Part shown: positions 29,780 to 38,565 of the stretch, in pieces
Layout of the letters: every line of letters starts with the position of its first letter
Position numbering within the stretch: position 1 is the stretch's first letter
NCBI GenBank assembly: GCA_041651115.1
Contig: JBAZJY010000002.1
Location: forward strand, 73,846-137,845
Direction: 5' to 3'
Length of the DNA: 64,000 nt
From: Candidatus Omnitrophota bacterium
GTDB taxonomy: Bacteria; Omnitrophota; Gorgyraeia; Gygaellales; Profunditerraquicolaceae
Notes under the pieces: generated by a model
What the model saw: the letters and a program-made list of their open reading frames with translations, nothing else
Database searches by the model: none
What the model was told of the DNA's origin: nothing
Program-made: the position numbers and the translations under genes

Positions 29780-30746
29780 ATATTTTGCCATAGCTCTGAT
29801 TGCTTTTTTCGCCGGTCACGCCGCGGTTATTATTTTAAGAAAGATCGGTGAAAAAAATAAGATCTTAATGCGCCACGGCATTCCGCAGGTCGGAGGCGTG
29901 GCAATGTTCGCAGGCTTCGCAGCCGCGGTCATGGCATGTTCCGCATTTTACTGCGGCCTGCCCCGGCAGGTCTTCGGAGCGTTTTTTGCTTCGCTGGTGA
30001 TGTTTTTGTTCGGGCTGGTAGATGACAAATACGAATTATCGGTGGCGGCGAAATTCCTGGCTCAGGTCATCAGCGCCTGCGTCCTTGTCCTCTTCGGCGT
30101 AAAAACAAAAATCGCGGGTATCCCGGATGCAGCCAACATGTTTATTACTTTCGTCTGGCTGCTGGGGATTGCCAATGCCTTTAACCACCTGGACATTATT
30201 GACGGATTAGCAGGTATATCCGCGCTGGCGGTAAGCGTTGTATTCTTTATCCTTTCTTCATCCGGCAACGATCCGGCAACGGCGTTCTTTTCTCTGGCCC
30301 TGGCAGGAAGCATTTTAAGCTTCCTGTTTTATAATTTTCCGCCGGCAAAAATATATATGGGCAATTCGGGAAGCCATTTTTTGGGGTTTGCCCTTGCTGC
30401 TGCGGCCCTGATGGTCAGCTATGCTTCCGCCGATAAAAAGATCGCCCTGCTCAGCCCGTTGTTTATCCTCGGCCTGCCGATCCTTGATACGAGTTTTTTG
30501 ATCTGGGTAAGGATAAAAAAACGCCGGCTGCCGTTTAATAAAAGCAATGACCACATTGCCATGAGGCTGGTTGCCGCAGGCTTCTCCGTTAAAAAAACGC
30601 TGTTGATCCTGTCTGCCGTAGGAATACTTTTTCCCATTTGCGGGCTGATCCTGGTAGTCCTGCCGGCCCCGTTTTCCGTATTCGTTGTTTTGGCAGCATT
30701 ATTAACGGCAGCAGTTTTTTCCGTAAAGATGTTCCGCAAGCGATAA
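29772..30746 (+). CDS. Polyprenyl-phosphate sugar-1-phosphate transferase (WecA/MraY family).
   Basis: DDxxD-like (GLVDDKYELS) and NAFNHLDIIDGLAG motifs; multi-TM. Confidence 0.85.
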   Translation: MLKYFAIALIAFFAGHAAVIILRKIGEKNKILMRHGIPQVGGVAMFAGFAAAVMACSAFYCGLPRQVFGAFFASLVMFLFGLVDDKYELSVAAKFLAQVISACVLVLFGVKTKIAGIPDAANMFITFVWLLGIANAFNHLDIIDGLAGISALAVSVVFFILSSSGNDPATAFFSLALAGSILSFLFYNFPPAKIYMGNSGSHFLGFALAAAALMVSYASADKKIALLSPLFILGLPILDTSFLIWVRIKKRRLPFNKSNDHIAMRLVAAGFSVKKTLLILSAVGILFPICGLILVVLPAPFSVFVVLAALLTAAVFSVKMFRKR

Positions 30747-32048
30747 ATGGCTAAAAAAAGGATCATTATTTTAGGCGCAGGCCTTGCCGGCTTAAGCGCT
30801 GCCTGGCACTTAGAGAGGCGCGGGATTGAACCCGTAATCTTTGAGCGGGAAAAAGAAGTGGGCGGCCTCTGCCATTCAAAATCAATAAGCGGATTCGTAT
30901 TTGATTACAGCGGCCACCTGCTGCATTTTAAAACCCGTTATGTTTTTGACCTGATTAAGCGGCTGCTGGGGCATAATCTGGTTGAGCACCGGCGCAGCGC
31001 GTGGGTTTATTTCCGCGGCCGGTATATCCGCTATCCGTTCCAGGCCAACCTCTATGGCTTGCCTCCACGCATTATCAGGGAATGTGTTGTCGGGTTTATG
31101 CGCAGCGCAGCGCCTGCCAGCCGCAGCTATGCCAATTTCCTTGACTGGATCAAGGGGAATCTCGGAGAAGGCATTGCCAAGCATTTCATGATCCCCTATA
31201 ACACAAAATTCTGGACTGTGCATCCGCGGAAATTGACCTGTGATTGGCTGGATGCTTTTATACCGGTCCCGGATTTCGCGCAGCTTATCCGGGGGGCAGT
31301 GGGAGCCAAAGATGAAGCCTTGGGCTATAACGAACGGTTCTGGTATCCTCGCGAAGGCGGTATACGCCAGCTACCTCTGGCATTTGCTTCCGGGATCAGG
31401 AACATCCATACTGCTTGCCCGGTTGCGGAGATCAACTTGCAAAAAAGGCAGCTGAAGCTGGAGTCCGGCGCCAAAGAAAAATTTGATTGGCTGGTATCAA
31501 CGGTAGCCCTGCCAGAACTGCCTTTCATGGTTAAAGATATGCCGGGCAGGATGCAGGGGATGTTTGCTAAACTAAAGTGGAATTCCGTAGTAAATTTAAA
31601 CCTCGGACTTGATAAAAAAGATAATTCCGGCAGGCATTGGGCGTATTTCCCCCAAAAAAATATTTGCTTTTTCAGGCTGGGTTTCCCGCATAATTTTTCC
31701 GACAGGGTCGCGCCTGCCGGGAAAAGTTCGCTGTACGCGGAAGTGGCTTATTCCCCCGATGCGCCGGTAAAAAAAGAATTGCTTAGCAAACGGATAAAAA
31801 ATGATCTGGTAAAGGCGGGGATCATCAATAGCCCGAAAGAAGCTTGCTGTGATGATATTAATGACATAAAATATGCCTATCCCATCCATGACCGTAATTA
31901 CCGGCCGGTAAGGGAGGGAATCCTGGATTTCTTAAAGCGTAACAAAGTAATCTCGTGCGGCCGTTACGGCTCGTGGCGTTATTTTTCCATGGAGGACGCT
32001 ATACTTGACGCCAGGGATGCGGTTGCTCTTCTATCAAAAAAAGCTTAA
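30747..32048 (+). CDS. FAD/NAD(P)-binding oxidoreductase (amine-oxidase / UDP-galactopyranose-mutase-like fold).
   Basis: N-terminal Rossmann motif IIILGAGLAGLSAAWHL..E..GG; 433 aa. Confidence 0.6.
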   Translation: MAKKRIIILGAGLAGLSAAWHLERRGIEPVIFEREKEVGGLCHSKSISGFVFDYSGHLLHFKTRYVFDLIKRLLGHNLVEHRRSAWVYFRGRYIRYPFQANLYGLPPRIIRECVVGFMRSAAPASRSYANFLDWIKGNLGEGIAKHFMIPYNTKFWTVHPRKLTCDWLDAFIPVPDFAQLIRGAVGAKDEALGYNERFWYPREGGIRQLPLAFASGIRNIHTACPVAEINLQKRQLKLESGAKEKFDWLVSTVALPELPFMVKDMPGRMQGMFAKLKWNSVVNLNLGLDKKDNSGRHWAYFPQKNICFFRLGFPHNFSDRVAPAGKSSLYAEVAYSPDAPVKKELLSKRIKNDLVKAGIINSPKEACCDDINDIKYAYPIHDRNYRPVREGILDFLKRNKVISCGRYGSWRYFSMEDAILDARDAVALLSKKA

Positions 32049-32052
32049 AGTA

Positions 32053-33651
32053 ATGAAGCATAAATACGCCTTCCTGTTGATCCTTTTGATCGCCTTCCAC
32101 GCGGTGAATAACTACGTTTGGCTCAAGCAAGATAATGAAAGTTTGGCGAAAGACACCGCCAGCCACGTCAACCGCATAATCTCTATCCGCGAAGAATTAC
32201 AGAATATCGACCTTTTTAGAGAGAAGATCCCGGAAGAACCCGGCCCGTTAGCCACCGTCTTTGCTCCGGGAAGCGCGTGCTGGCCGCAATTCTTCCATTT
32301 TATTGCCGCTTTAATATCCTTTGGCTGCAAGGACATCCTGTTTTGTATCAGGTTTTACAACATGTTGTATTTTGCCCTCCTTGTCGTCGCGGTTTACTTC
32401 CTCGGGAAAAAACTGTTCAATCCCCAGGCCGGCATGCTTGCCGCGTGCATTATCTCTTTTTATCCGGGCGTATTCGGCCTTTCCCGCAAATGCGGCCTTG
32501 ATTTTCCGCTGATAGCTTTTATTTGCGTAGTTGCCTATTTCCTGCTTAACTGCGATAATTTTCAGAAGCGCCTGCCGAGCATATTATTCGGGGTAAGCTT
32601 AGGGGTAGCAACTTTTTTCAAAGTGCAAATCCTGATTTTTATCGCCGGCCCTTTAGCATACGTAGCGCTCAAGGGGCTTATCTATGGCAGAGATAAGAAG
32701 GGTTGTTTTTCCAACCTTTTCTTTTCGCTGGCGCTGGCAGCTGCCATATCCCTGATTTGGTGGAACCGGATCTTTTTTATCGAAGCCCCGGAAGCCAATG
32801 CCTACGCGAAATTAGTTTTTAAATATTTCTCGATTAACGTGCCGCTGCAGATGCGCAAATATTTTGAAGCGCTCTATATCCATATGTCTCCGCTTTTTTC
32901 TGCGGCATTTTTGCTGGGTTTGTTCTTGTGTTTCCGCAAGGCAAGCAGGGATGCGATGTTCTTCCTTGGCTGCTGGATCATACCGCCGTATCTTTTCTTT
33001 TCCGGGATGCTGCCGTACAATAACCAGAGATATATCTTTCCCGTATTTGGCGCGCTTACCCTGATCTCGGCCATGGGATTAATGCAGATCCCCGCCAAAA
33101 AAACAAAGCGCTTTTTAATCGCCTCCCTGTTGATCCTCGGTATCGTGCAGTTTTTCCTGGTAAGCTACCGGGGCGCTCTTGAGCCGTTCGTTTTTACTTC
33201 TGAATTCGGGCAGCCGCCCGAAAAGAATAATCACCGAGCGGTTATGGAAAAGTTCAATTGGATAATCGAAACAGACTGCCCCGGCCAGAAAAGGATCGCC
33301 ATTATCGAGGAGCAATACTTTAAGACGGATTTCTGCATACGCCTCGGATATTTATTAAAGGTGCTGAATAAAGAGAATAAAGTTTTTTTAAGCGCCGGGG
33401 GATTTATCGTTCCGCGTTTCCAGGTTTCAAAAGAATTCCTGGATAATGTAAATGATTTCCAGTTTTTGATCGCCTTTTCCGAAAATGAAGAAGGCCCCGA
33501 CTTTTCCGGGCTGCTGGCGTCTTCTATCAGCGCTGAGCGGGAGGCGGTATTGAAAGTGATGGAGCAATTCAAGTCTTACATGGTCATGGAAAGGGCCATG
33601 CTCCTGCCTGATGAAATCTATGTTTTTCTCTTGAGGCGGCAAGAAGATTAA
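32053..33651 (+). CDS. Multi-pass membrane glycosyltransferase, GT-C superfamily (ArnT/PMT-like).
   Basis: About 12 predicted TM segments, a large C-terminal soluble domain, and its location in a glycan cluster. Confidence 0.55.
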   Translation: MKHKYAFLLILLIAFHAVNNYVWLKQDNESLAKDTASHVNRIISIREELQNIDLFREKIPEEPGPLATVFAPGSACWPQFFHFIAALISFGCKDILFCIRFYNMLYFALLVVAVYFLGKKLFNPQAGMLAACIISFYPGVFGLSRKCGLDFPLIAFICVVAYFLLNCDNFQKRLPSILFGVSLGVATFFKVQILIFIAGPLAYVALKGLIYGRDKKGCFSNLFFSLALAAAISLIWWNRIFFIEAPEANAYAKLVFKYFSINVPLQMRKYFEALYIHMSPLFSAAFLLGLFLCFRKASRDAMFFLGCWIIPPYLFFSGMLPYNNQRYIFPVFGALTLISAMGLMQIPAKKTKRFLIASLLILGIVQFFLVSYRGALEPFVFTSEFGQPPEKNNHRAVMEKFNWIIETDCPGQKRIAIIEEQYFKTDFCIRLGYLLKVLNKENKVFLSAGGFIVPRFQVSKEFLDNVNDFQFLIAFSENEEGPDFSGLLASSISAEREAVLKVMEQFKSYMVMERAMLLPDEIYVFLLRRQED

Positions 33652-33661
33652 GGCGCGGCAT

Positions 33662-34552
33662 ATGGCTAGCCCATATTTCAGCATCATTATCCCTTTTTAT
33701 AATAAAGAAAAGTCTCTTGATACCTGCTTGAGGTCTTTAGCGCTGCAGGATTTCCCTAAAGATAACTATGAGGTCATCTGCGTAGATAACAATTCTACGG
33801 ACGGTTCGGCTGCCATAGTCAAAAAATATGGCAACATAAAAATAATCGAAGAGAAGATACAAAATGTCTATGCCGCCAGGAATACCGGGATAGGGAATTC
33901 ATCCGGCTCAACCGTGGTCTTTACCGACGCGGATGTGGAGGTACCGGTTGATTGGCTCTCCAATATTTATTCCGCAATGCAAAAGAATAAATATGATATA
34001 CTCATCGGCTGGTATTGGCCGGCCCGGCCCATCAGGCTGCTGCAAATACACAGCCTGCTGCTTTGCGAGAGGATAAAGAAGGCGGTAAAAGACAAAGATA
34101 CCTCTATGGTTACTGCCGGAGCGATCTGCCTTATCATCAAAAAGGAAATATTCCTGAAAGAAGGGTTGTTCTTTGATAATTCCAACAGCGAGGATATGTA
34201 TTTTACGATAAGATGTATGTCGGCCGGCTACAACGTGGGATTTGAAGAAAAGATCGCGGTAAAACGCAATGATATTGATTCTATAGGAATCTTTGTGTTG
34301 AAGAATTTTATATACGGCTGCTCCAATGCCCTGGACATAAAAGACAGGCTTCTCTTTTCGGGAAAGCTCAAATATATGTTCATTACCGTAAAATTCATGT
34401 TTAAATATTTTCCGGTAGGCATGGGCCTGTTGCTGTTTACCTTTTCCTTTTTCTCCGGCTATGTTTTAAGCAAAACCCGGATATTGTCTCCGCAAGACTT
34501 GTCCCGCCTGGTGCAGCGCTACACGCGGTTCATCAGCAAAAACGCCGTATAA
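33662..34552 (+). CDS. Glycosyltransferase family 2.
   Basis: SIIIPFYN..VICVDNNSTDGS..FTDADV (DxD) motifs. Confidence 0.8.
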   Translation: MASPYFSIIIPFYNKEKSLDTCLRSLALQDFPKDNYEVICVDNNSTDGSAAIVKKYGNIKIIEEKIQNVYAARNTGIGNSSGSTVVFTDADVEVPVDWLSNIYSAMQKNKYDILIGWYWPARPIRLLQIHSLLLCERIKKAVKDKDTSMVTAGAICLIIKKEIFLKEGLFFDNSNSEDMYFTIRCMSAGYNVGFEEKIAVKRNDIDSIGIFVLKNFIYGCSNALDIKDRLLFSGKLKYMFITVKFMFKYFPVGMGLLLFTFSFFSGYVLSKTRILSPQDLSRLVQRYTRFISKNAV

Positions 34553-34556
34553 CGTA

Positions 34557-35702
34557 TTATTTCATCCAATCCGTGTGCAGGCCCGGGTTAAATTCCAATT
34601 CCATCGGCTGGTGCACGGACGTCCGGGTCATATTGCAATACCAGCGGTTGCGCGTCATTCCGCAGTGATAATAAGATTTCCTTGCCCTTAGCGCCTGGTA
34701 TTTTTCATTGTTCCATATCGTCCGGAAATCTCCGCCTGCGTATTTGCCCATCTTAATGTTACCCTGGCAGCAGCTCATTACCGTGCCGTCGGTCCTGAAA
34801 ATCGTCCCCATCCACGGGTATGGGCATTTCCCGCGGTAAGGATTATATTTTTCAAGATAGGGCATGGCATATTGATCAATATCAATGCTAAAGTCATCCC
34901 AGTTATTATTTTTTTCCAATTCTATTCCTCCGATCCGTTTCTGGCAGGAAAACCTTATTTTGTTGGCGTCGGCAAAGGCCTCGGCCTCCGTAAATACTTT
35001 ATACGCCTTATCCGCTATCGCGGAGAGCTGGAATTCTCTTTGGAATACGCCCATGTCGCAATTGTTGAGAAAAATGTCATTTATCCCGCGCGCTTTGAGG
35101 AACTCCATTATTTTCGGCACTTCATCAATATTAAAAGGAGAACAAGTGGTAGCAATGCGGATATGGAAACGCGGGTTCTTTATTTTTTCCCGGAAGGAGA
35201 TATATTTTTCTATATTAGCGATGACCTTTGTGAATTCAGCTCCCCGCCGTATCTTTTCGTAAAGCGCGGGCGTAGCCGCGTCCAGCGAGATGTTTACAAA
35301 GAAGCCTAGTTCTACGAGCATCCGGATGACCCCTTCTTTGGTATTTACGGCATTGGTGAATATTTTCGGCAGGAAATCATATTTGGCGCAGGTCTCGGCC
35401 ATTTTAGGGAAATTAACCGCCATGGTCGGCTCTCCGACGAGAAAAAGGTTAACTTCCGAGGCGTAAGGGAAAAGCTCCTTTTCTATTTTCTGGAACAGTT
35501 CCAGCGGCATCTCTTTTTTGTCCTGGCGCCTCTTCGGCCAGCACATGATGCAGTCCAGGTCGCACCTCTGCGTAGGCTCGACAAAAAGCCTGAAAGGATA
35601 GGATTGGAGTACCTGCTTTTTCTGCCGCGCCTCTTCGATGTTCAGGACGGCGTTTTTGTATGCGGCAGTAGCTTTAAATTGTTCCGTGGTTAATATGGCC
35701 AT
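34557..35702 (-). CDS. Radical SAM protein with a SPASM-like C-terminal cysteine cluster.
   Basis: CDLDCIMCW (CxxxCxxC) near the N-terminus plus C-terminal CxxC..C clusters. It is the only convincing minus-strand gene. Confidence 0.8.
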   Translation of the reverse strand: MAILTTEQFKATAAYKNAVLNIEEARQKKQVLQSYPFRLFVEPTQRCDLDCIMCWPKRRQDKKEMPLELFQKIEKELFPYASEVNLFLVGEPTMAVNFPKMAETCAKYDFLPKIFTNAVNTKEGVIRMLVELGFFVNISLDAATPALYEKIRRGAEFTKVIANIEKYISFREKIKNPRFHIRIATTCSPFNIDEVPKIMEFLKARGINDIFLNNCDMGVFQREFQLSAIADKAYKVFTEAEAFADANKIRFSCQKRIGGIELEKNNNWDDFSIDIDQYAMPYLEKYNPYRGKCPYPWMGTIFRTDGTVMSCCQGNIKMGKYAGGDFRTIWNNEKYQALRARKSYYHCGMTRNRWYCNMTRTSVHQPMELEFNPGLHTDWMK

Positions 35703-35763
35703 GAGCCCGATTATACATCGTTTCGGCAGGTTGCGGAATTATTTTTATGCGCTGCCTAAACTC

Positions 35764-35792
35764 TTGATATTTAAGCCCGGTGTTGTATAATA
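35764..35792 (+). promoter_or_regulatory. Consensus-like promoter for tRNA-Leu (TTGATA-16-TATAAT).
   Basis: ttgata at 35764-35769 and tataat about 16 nt downstream. The tRNA begins roughly 30 nt later. Confidence 0.5.
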
Positions 35793-35820
35793 ACCCTGCC
35801 CAATCTTTAAGGAAAGCTAC

Positions 35821-35901
35821 GCGCGGGTGGTGGAATGGCAGACACGCTACTTTGAGGGGGTAGTGGGGCGACCTGTGAGGGTTCAACTCCCTCCCCGCGC
35901 A
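35821..35901 (+). tRNA. tRNA-Leu (anticodon GAG), long variable arm.
   Basis: Acceptor GCGCGGG/CCCGCGC, anticodon loop TTGAGGG, long variable arm, T-loop TTCAACT. Confidence 0.8.
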
Positions 35902-35916
35902 TAAATTTATAGTCTT

Positions 35917-36249
35917 ATGGGGGAACCGATGGTTACGATAGAAGACTTCCGGAAATTAGAACTAAAAGTCGCTGAAATCAAGGAAGTTAATGATCATCCC
36001 AACGCAGACCGCCTGTATGTGATCACCGTTGACTTGGGCGATAAAACCAAGCAGATCGTTGCCGGGATCCGGGCGTCGTATCAGAAAGAAGACCTGATCG
36101 GCAAACAGGTCGTGGTTATTGATAATCTTGAGCCGGCAATGCTGCGCGGCGTGGAAAGCCAGGGCATGCTCCTGGCTGCTTCTGATGAAGAAGGCATTGC
36201 CGTTGTCAGCCCGCTTAGGAAAGTAAAGTTAGGCAGCATCGTCAAATAA
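35917..36249 (+). CDS. tRNA-binding protein (CsaA / Trbp111 / EMAP-II-like OB-fold).
   Basis: LDLRVAEI-type motif (ELKVAEIKEVNDHPNADRLYV) and the typical 110-aa size. Confidence 0.8.
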   Translation: MGEPMVTIEDFRKLELKVAEIKEVNDHPNADRLYVITVDLGDKTKQIVAGIRASYQKEDLIGKQVVVIDNLEPAMLRGVESQGMLLAASDEEGIAVVSPLRKVKLGSIVK

Positions 36250-36734
36250 TGAGGCAGCTCCTGCCGAAAGAAGCTTGTTTAAAATGCCAGGGCTGCTGCC
36301 GGTTTGCTGAGGCGGCAACTATCTGGGCGCCCGCCCTTTTGGATAAAGAAATAAAAACCCTCCTAAAGAAAAACGCAGCCGCGTTCATTTCCCCCGGGAA
36401 GAAGCTTAAGCCCGTTGCCTCTAAAGATAAAAATATTTTTCTCTGTCCGTTTTTAAACTGCAGCGATAATCAATGTAAGATTTACTCTCTAAGGCCGCTT
36501 GAATGCCGGCTTTATCCGTTCCTGATTAACCGTAGCAGCGGCAAGATCTATCTTGCGGTTGACCGTAATTGCCCTTTTGTCAGTGAAAAAATGGAAAGTA
36601 AACCGTTTAAGGATTACGCCGCTTATTTGGCGCGCCTCTTAAACGGCAGGGCCTTCCGGAAATTATTAAAAGACAATCCGCAGATCATCCAGGCGTATCC
36701 GCAAGTAACGAACATTGCCCGGATAAAGGTATAG
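36249..36734 (+). CDS. YkgJ-family (UPF0153) cysteine-cluster protein.
   Basis: CLKCQGCCRF and CPFL..C..CKIY..RPLECRLYPF motifs. Confidence 0.7.
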   Translation: MRQLLPKEACLKCQGCCRFAEAATIWAPALLDKEIKTLLKKNAAAFISPGKKLKPVASKDKNIFLCPFLNCSDNQCKIYSLRPLECRLYPFLINRSSGKIYLAVDRNCPFVSEKMESKPFKDYAAYLARLLNGRAFRKLLKDNPQIIQAYPQVTNIARIKV

Positions 36735-36736
36735 CA

Positions 36737-37639
36737 ATGAAATTAAAGAAACTCCGGCTGCAGGATAAATCTTTATTTGTCAGGTTCCTTAATTTACGCG
36801 GGCAGGGAAAAGAGTTGTCGGTTTTCGCGTTCGCCAACATCTATATCTGGAAAAAGCTTTATGATATCCGCTGGATAGTTATTGGTGAATGCCTGTGCGT
36901 ATTTTTTATAGACAGGATCGGCGCGTTTTTATACCTGCCTCCGCTGGGCAGGCAGATAAGCCGTAAGAGCGTAGATCCGGCGTTCAGGATCATGGATAGC
37001 TTTAATTCCAATAAGGAAATTTCCCGCATTGAAAACATAGAAGAGGCGGATATCGCCTTATTTAAAGAACTTGGCTATGCGTGCGAATATAAATCCAGCG
37101 ATTATGTCTGTAGCCGGATTAGCCTTGCCGGATTATCCGGAGATAAATTCAAGCCCAAGCGCGCGGCATATAATTATTTTGTGAAGCATTATAAATACGA
37201 ATACCTGCCATTTTCTCCGCGTTATAAGGCCGGATGCCTGGAATTATTCAGGCTTTGGCAGGAACAACGCGCCGGCGCAAGCAGTGACAAGATCTATCGC
37301 GGCATGATCGAAGACAGCCTCGGATGCCTGAAGATACTTTTTGCCGCCTGTCGCAAGCTTGATATCACCGGCAGGATAGTCAGGGTTGAAGGAAAGATCA
37401 AGGCATTCAGCTTTGGTTATCGGCTGAACCGGGAAACTTTTTGTATTCTTTATGAGATAACCGACCTTTCCATTAAAGGAATAGCGCAATTCATTTTCCG
37501 CGAATTCTGCTCCGAGTTGAAAAAATTCCGTTACATTAATATCATGGATGATTCCGGGCTTGAGAACCTAAAAAAAGTAAAGCTTTCGTATCGCCCTGTA
37601 AAATTAGTACCTGCATATATTGCAAGGAGGCATAAGTAA
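36737..37639 (+). CDS. Hypothetical protein, possibly DUF2156 (MprF C-terminal-like aminoacyl-tRNA-dependent transferase fold).
   Basis: SVFAFANIYIWKKLY resembles the family's F.NLY.W N-terminal signature. About 300 aa. Assignment made from motif memory only. Confidence 0.4.
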   Translation: MKLKKLRLQDKSLFVRFLNLRGQGKELSVFAFANIYIWKKLYDIRWIVIGECLCVFFIDRIGAFLYLPPLGRQISRKSVDPAFRIMDSFNSNKEISRIENIEEADIALFKELGYACEYKSSDYVCSRISLAGLSGDKFKPKRAAYNYFVKHYKYEYLPFSPRYKAGCLELFRLWQEQRAGASSDKIYRGMIEDSLGCLKILFAACRKLDITGRIVRVEGKIKAFSFGYRLNRETFCILYEITDLSIKGIAQFIFREFCSELKKFRYINIMDDSGLENLKKVKLSYRPVKLVPAYIARRHK

Positions 37640-37731
37640 TTGCGGGTCCTGCCTGCCGATTTACCCCGTCCTCACTGAAAGCTTGCGCTTTCGTTCGGTC
37701 GGGGTCCCCAAATCAGCAGTCACCCGCAATT
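37638..37731. repeat. Copy B of the structured intergenic repeat, with perfect 10-bp terminal inverted repeats AATTGCGGGT/ACCCGCAATT.
   Basis: Aligns with 13542-13623 and overlaps the stop codon of the upstream gene. Confidence 0.6.
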
Positions 37732-37743
37732 ACTATCGTACCT

Positions 37744-38565
37744 ATGAATAAGAATATCGACGCAGTAGAATTCACGATTTTTGATACCGAAACTACCGGC
37801 CTTGACCCGTCATTAGGCGATCGGATAGTTGAGATCGCCGCCGTGCGCAGGAAAGGCAAAGAAAAGTTAGCTGAATTTCAAACTTTGATTAACCCCGGAA
37901 GACAGATATCAGCCGCCGCCTTTAAGGTAAATCATATTACTCCGGAAATGCTTAAAGACGCGCCGCAAGCGGCAGAGGTGATGCCGAAATTTTTGGATTT
38001 TATCCGCGGCACCTGCCTTTGTTCTTATAATGCCGGCTTTGATATTGAATTCCTGAATAATGAATTGGCGCTTTGCCGGGCAGGCAGCCTGGATGAGGTC
38101 GTTGCCGCGGATATTCTAAAAATGGCAAGGCGGCTTTTGCCCGGCCTGGAGCGCTACGCATTGTGGTTTGTGGCGGATAAGCTGGGGGTAAAAATGCAGC
38201 AGGAGCACCGCGCAATGTCCGACGTGGCAATGACCATACAGGTCTTTGATAAGCTTAACGCGATACTGGAGGCAAAAGGTGTCCTGGATTTCCATAATTT
38301 TTCCGGATTGTTCGGGTTGAAGTCGCAGCTCCTGGATGACCTGACCAATCAGAAACTTGCCCAGATACAGCAGGCGCTGGACCTGAAATTAAAGATCAAG
38401 ATAAAATATCTTTCCGGCTCAAGCGCCGCAGTAACCGAGCGCGAAGTGATCCCTAAAGAAGTCCGCAAGGAATACAACCATTATTACCTGATCGGGTACT
38501 GCTGTTTAAAAAAAGAAGAACGTTCTTTCCGCGTTGATGGCATACTACATCTTGAAGTCGTATAA
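37744..38565 (+). CDS. DEDD-family 3'-5' exonuclease (DnaQ / Pol III epsilon-like) with a C-terminal extension containing a WYL-like motif.
   Basis: Exo I motif FDTETTGLD, Exo II/III motifs (YNAGFDIEFL; HRAMSDV). The C-terminus carries RSFRVDGILHLEV. Confidence 0.75.
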   Translation: MNKNIDAVEFTIFDTETTGLDPSLGDRIVEIAAVRRKGKEKLAEFQTLINPGRQISAAAFKVNHITPEMLKDAPQAAEVMPKFLDFIRGTCLCSYNAGFDIEFLNNELALCRAGSLDEVVAADILKMARRLLPGLERYALWFVADKLGVKMQQEHRAMSDVAMTIQVFDKLNAILEAKGVLDFHNFSGLFGLKSQLLDDLTNQKLAQIQQALDLKLKIKIKYLSGSSAAVTEREVIPKEVRKEYNHYYLIGYCCLKKEERSFRVDGILHLEVV

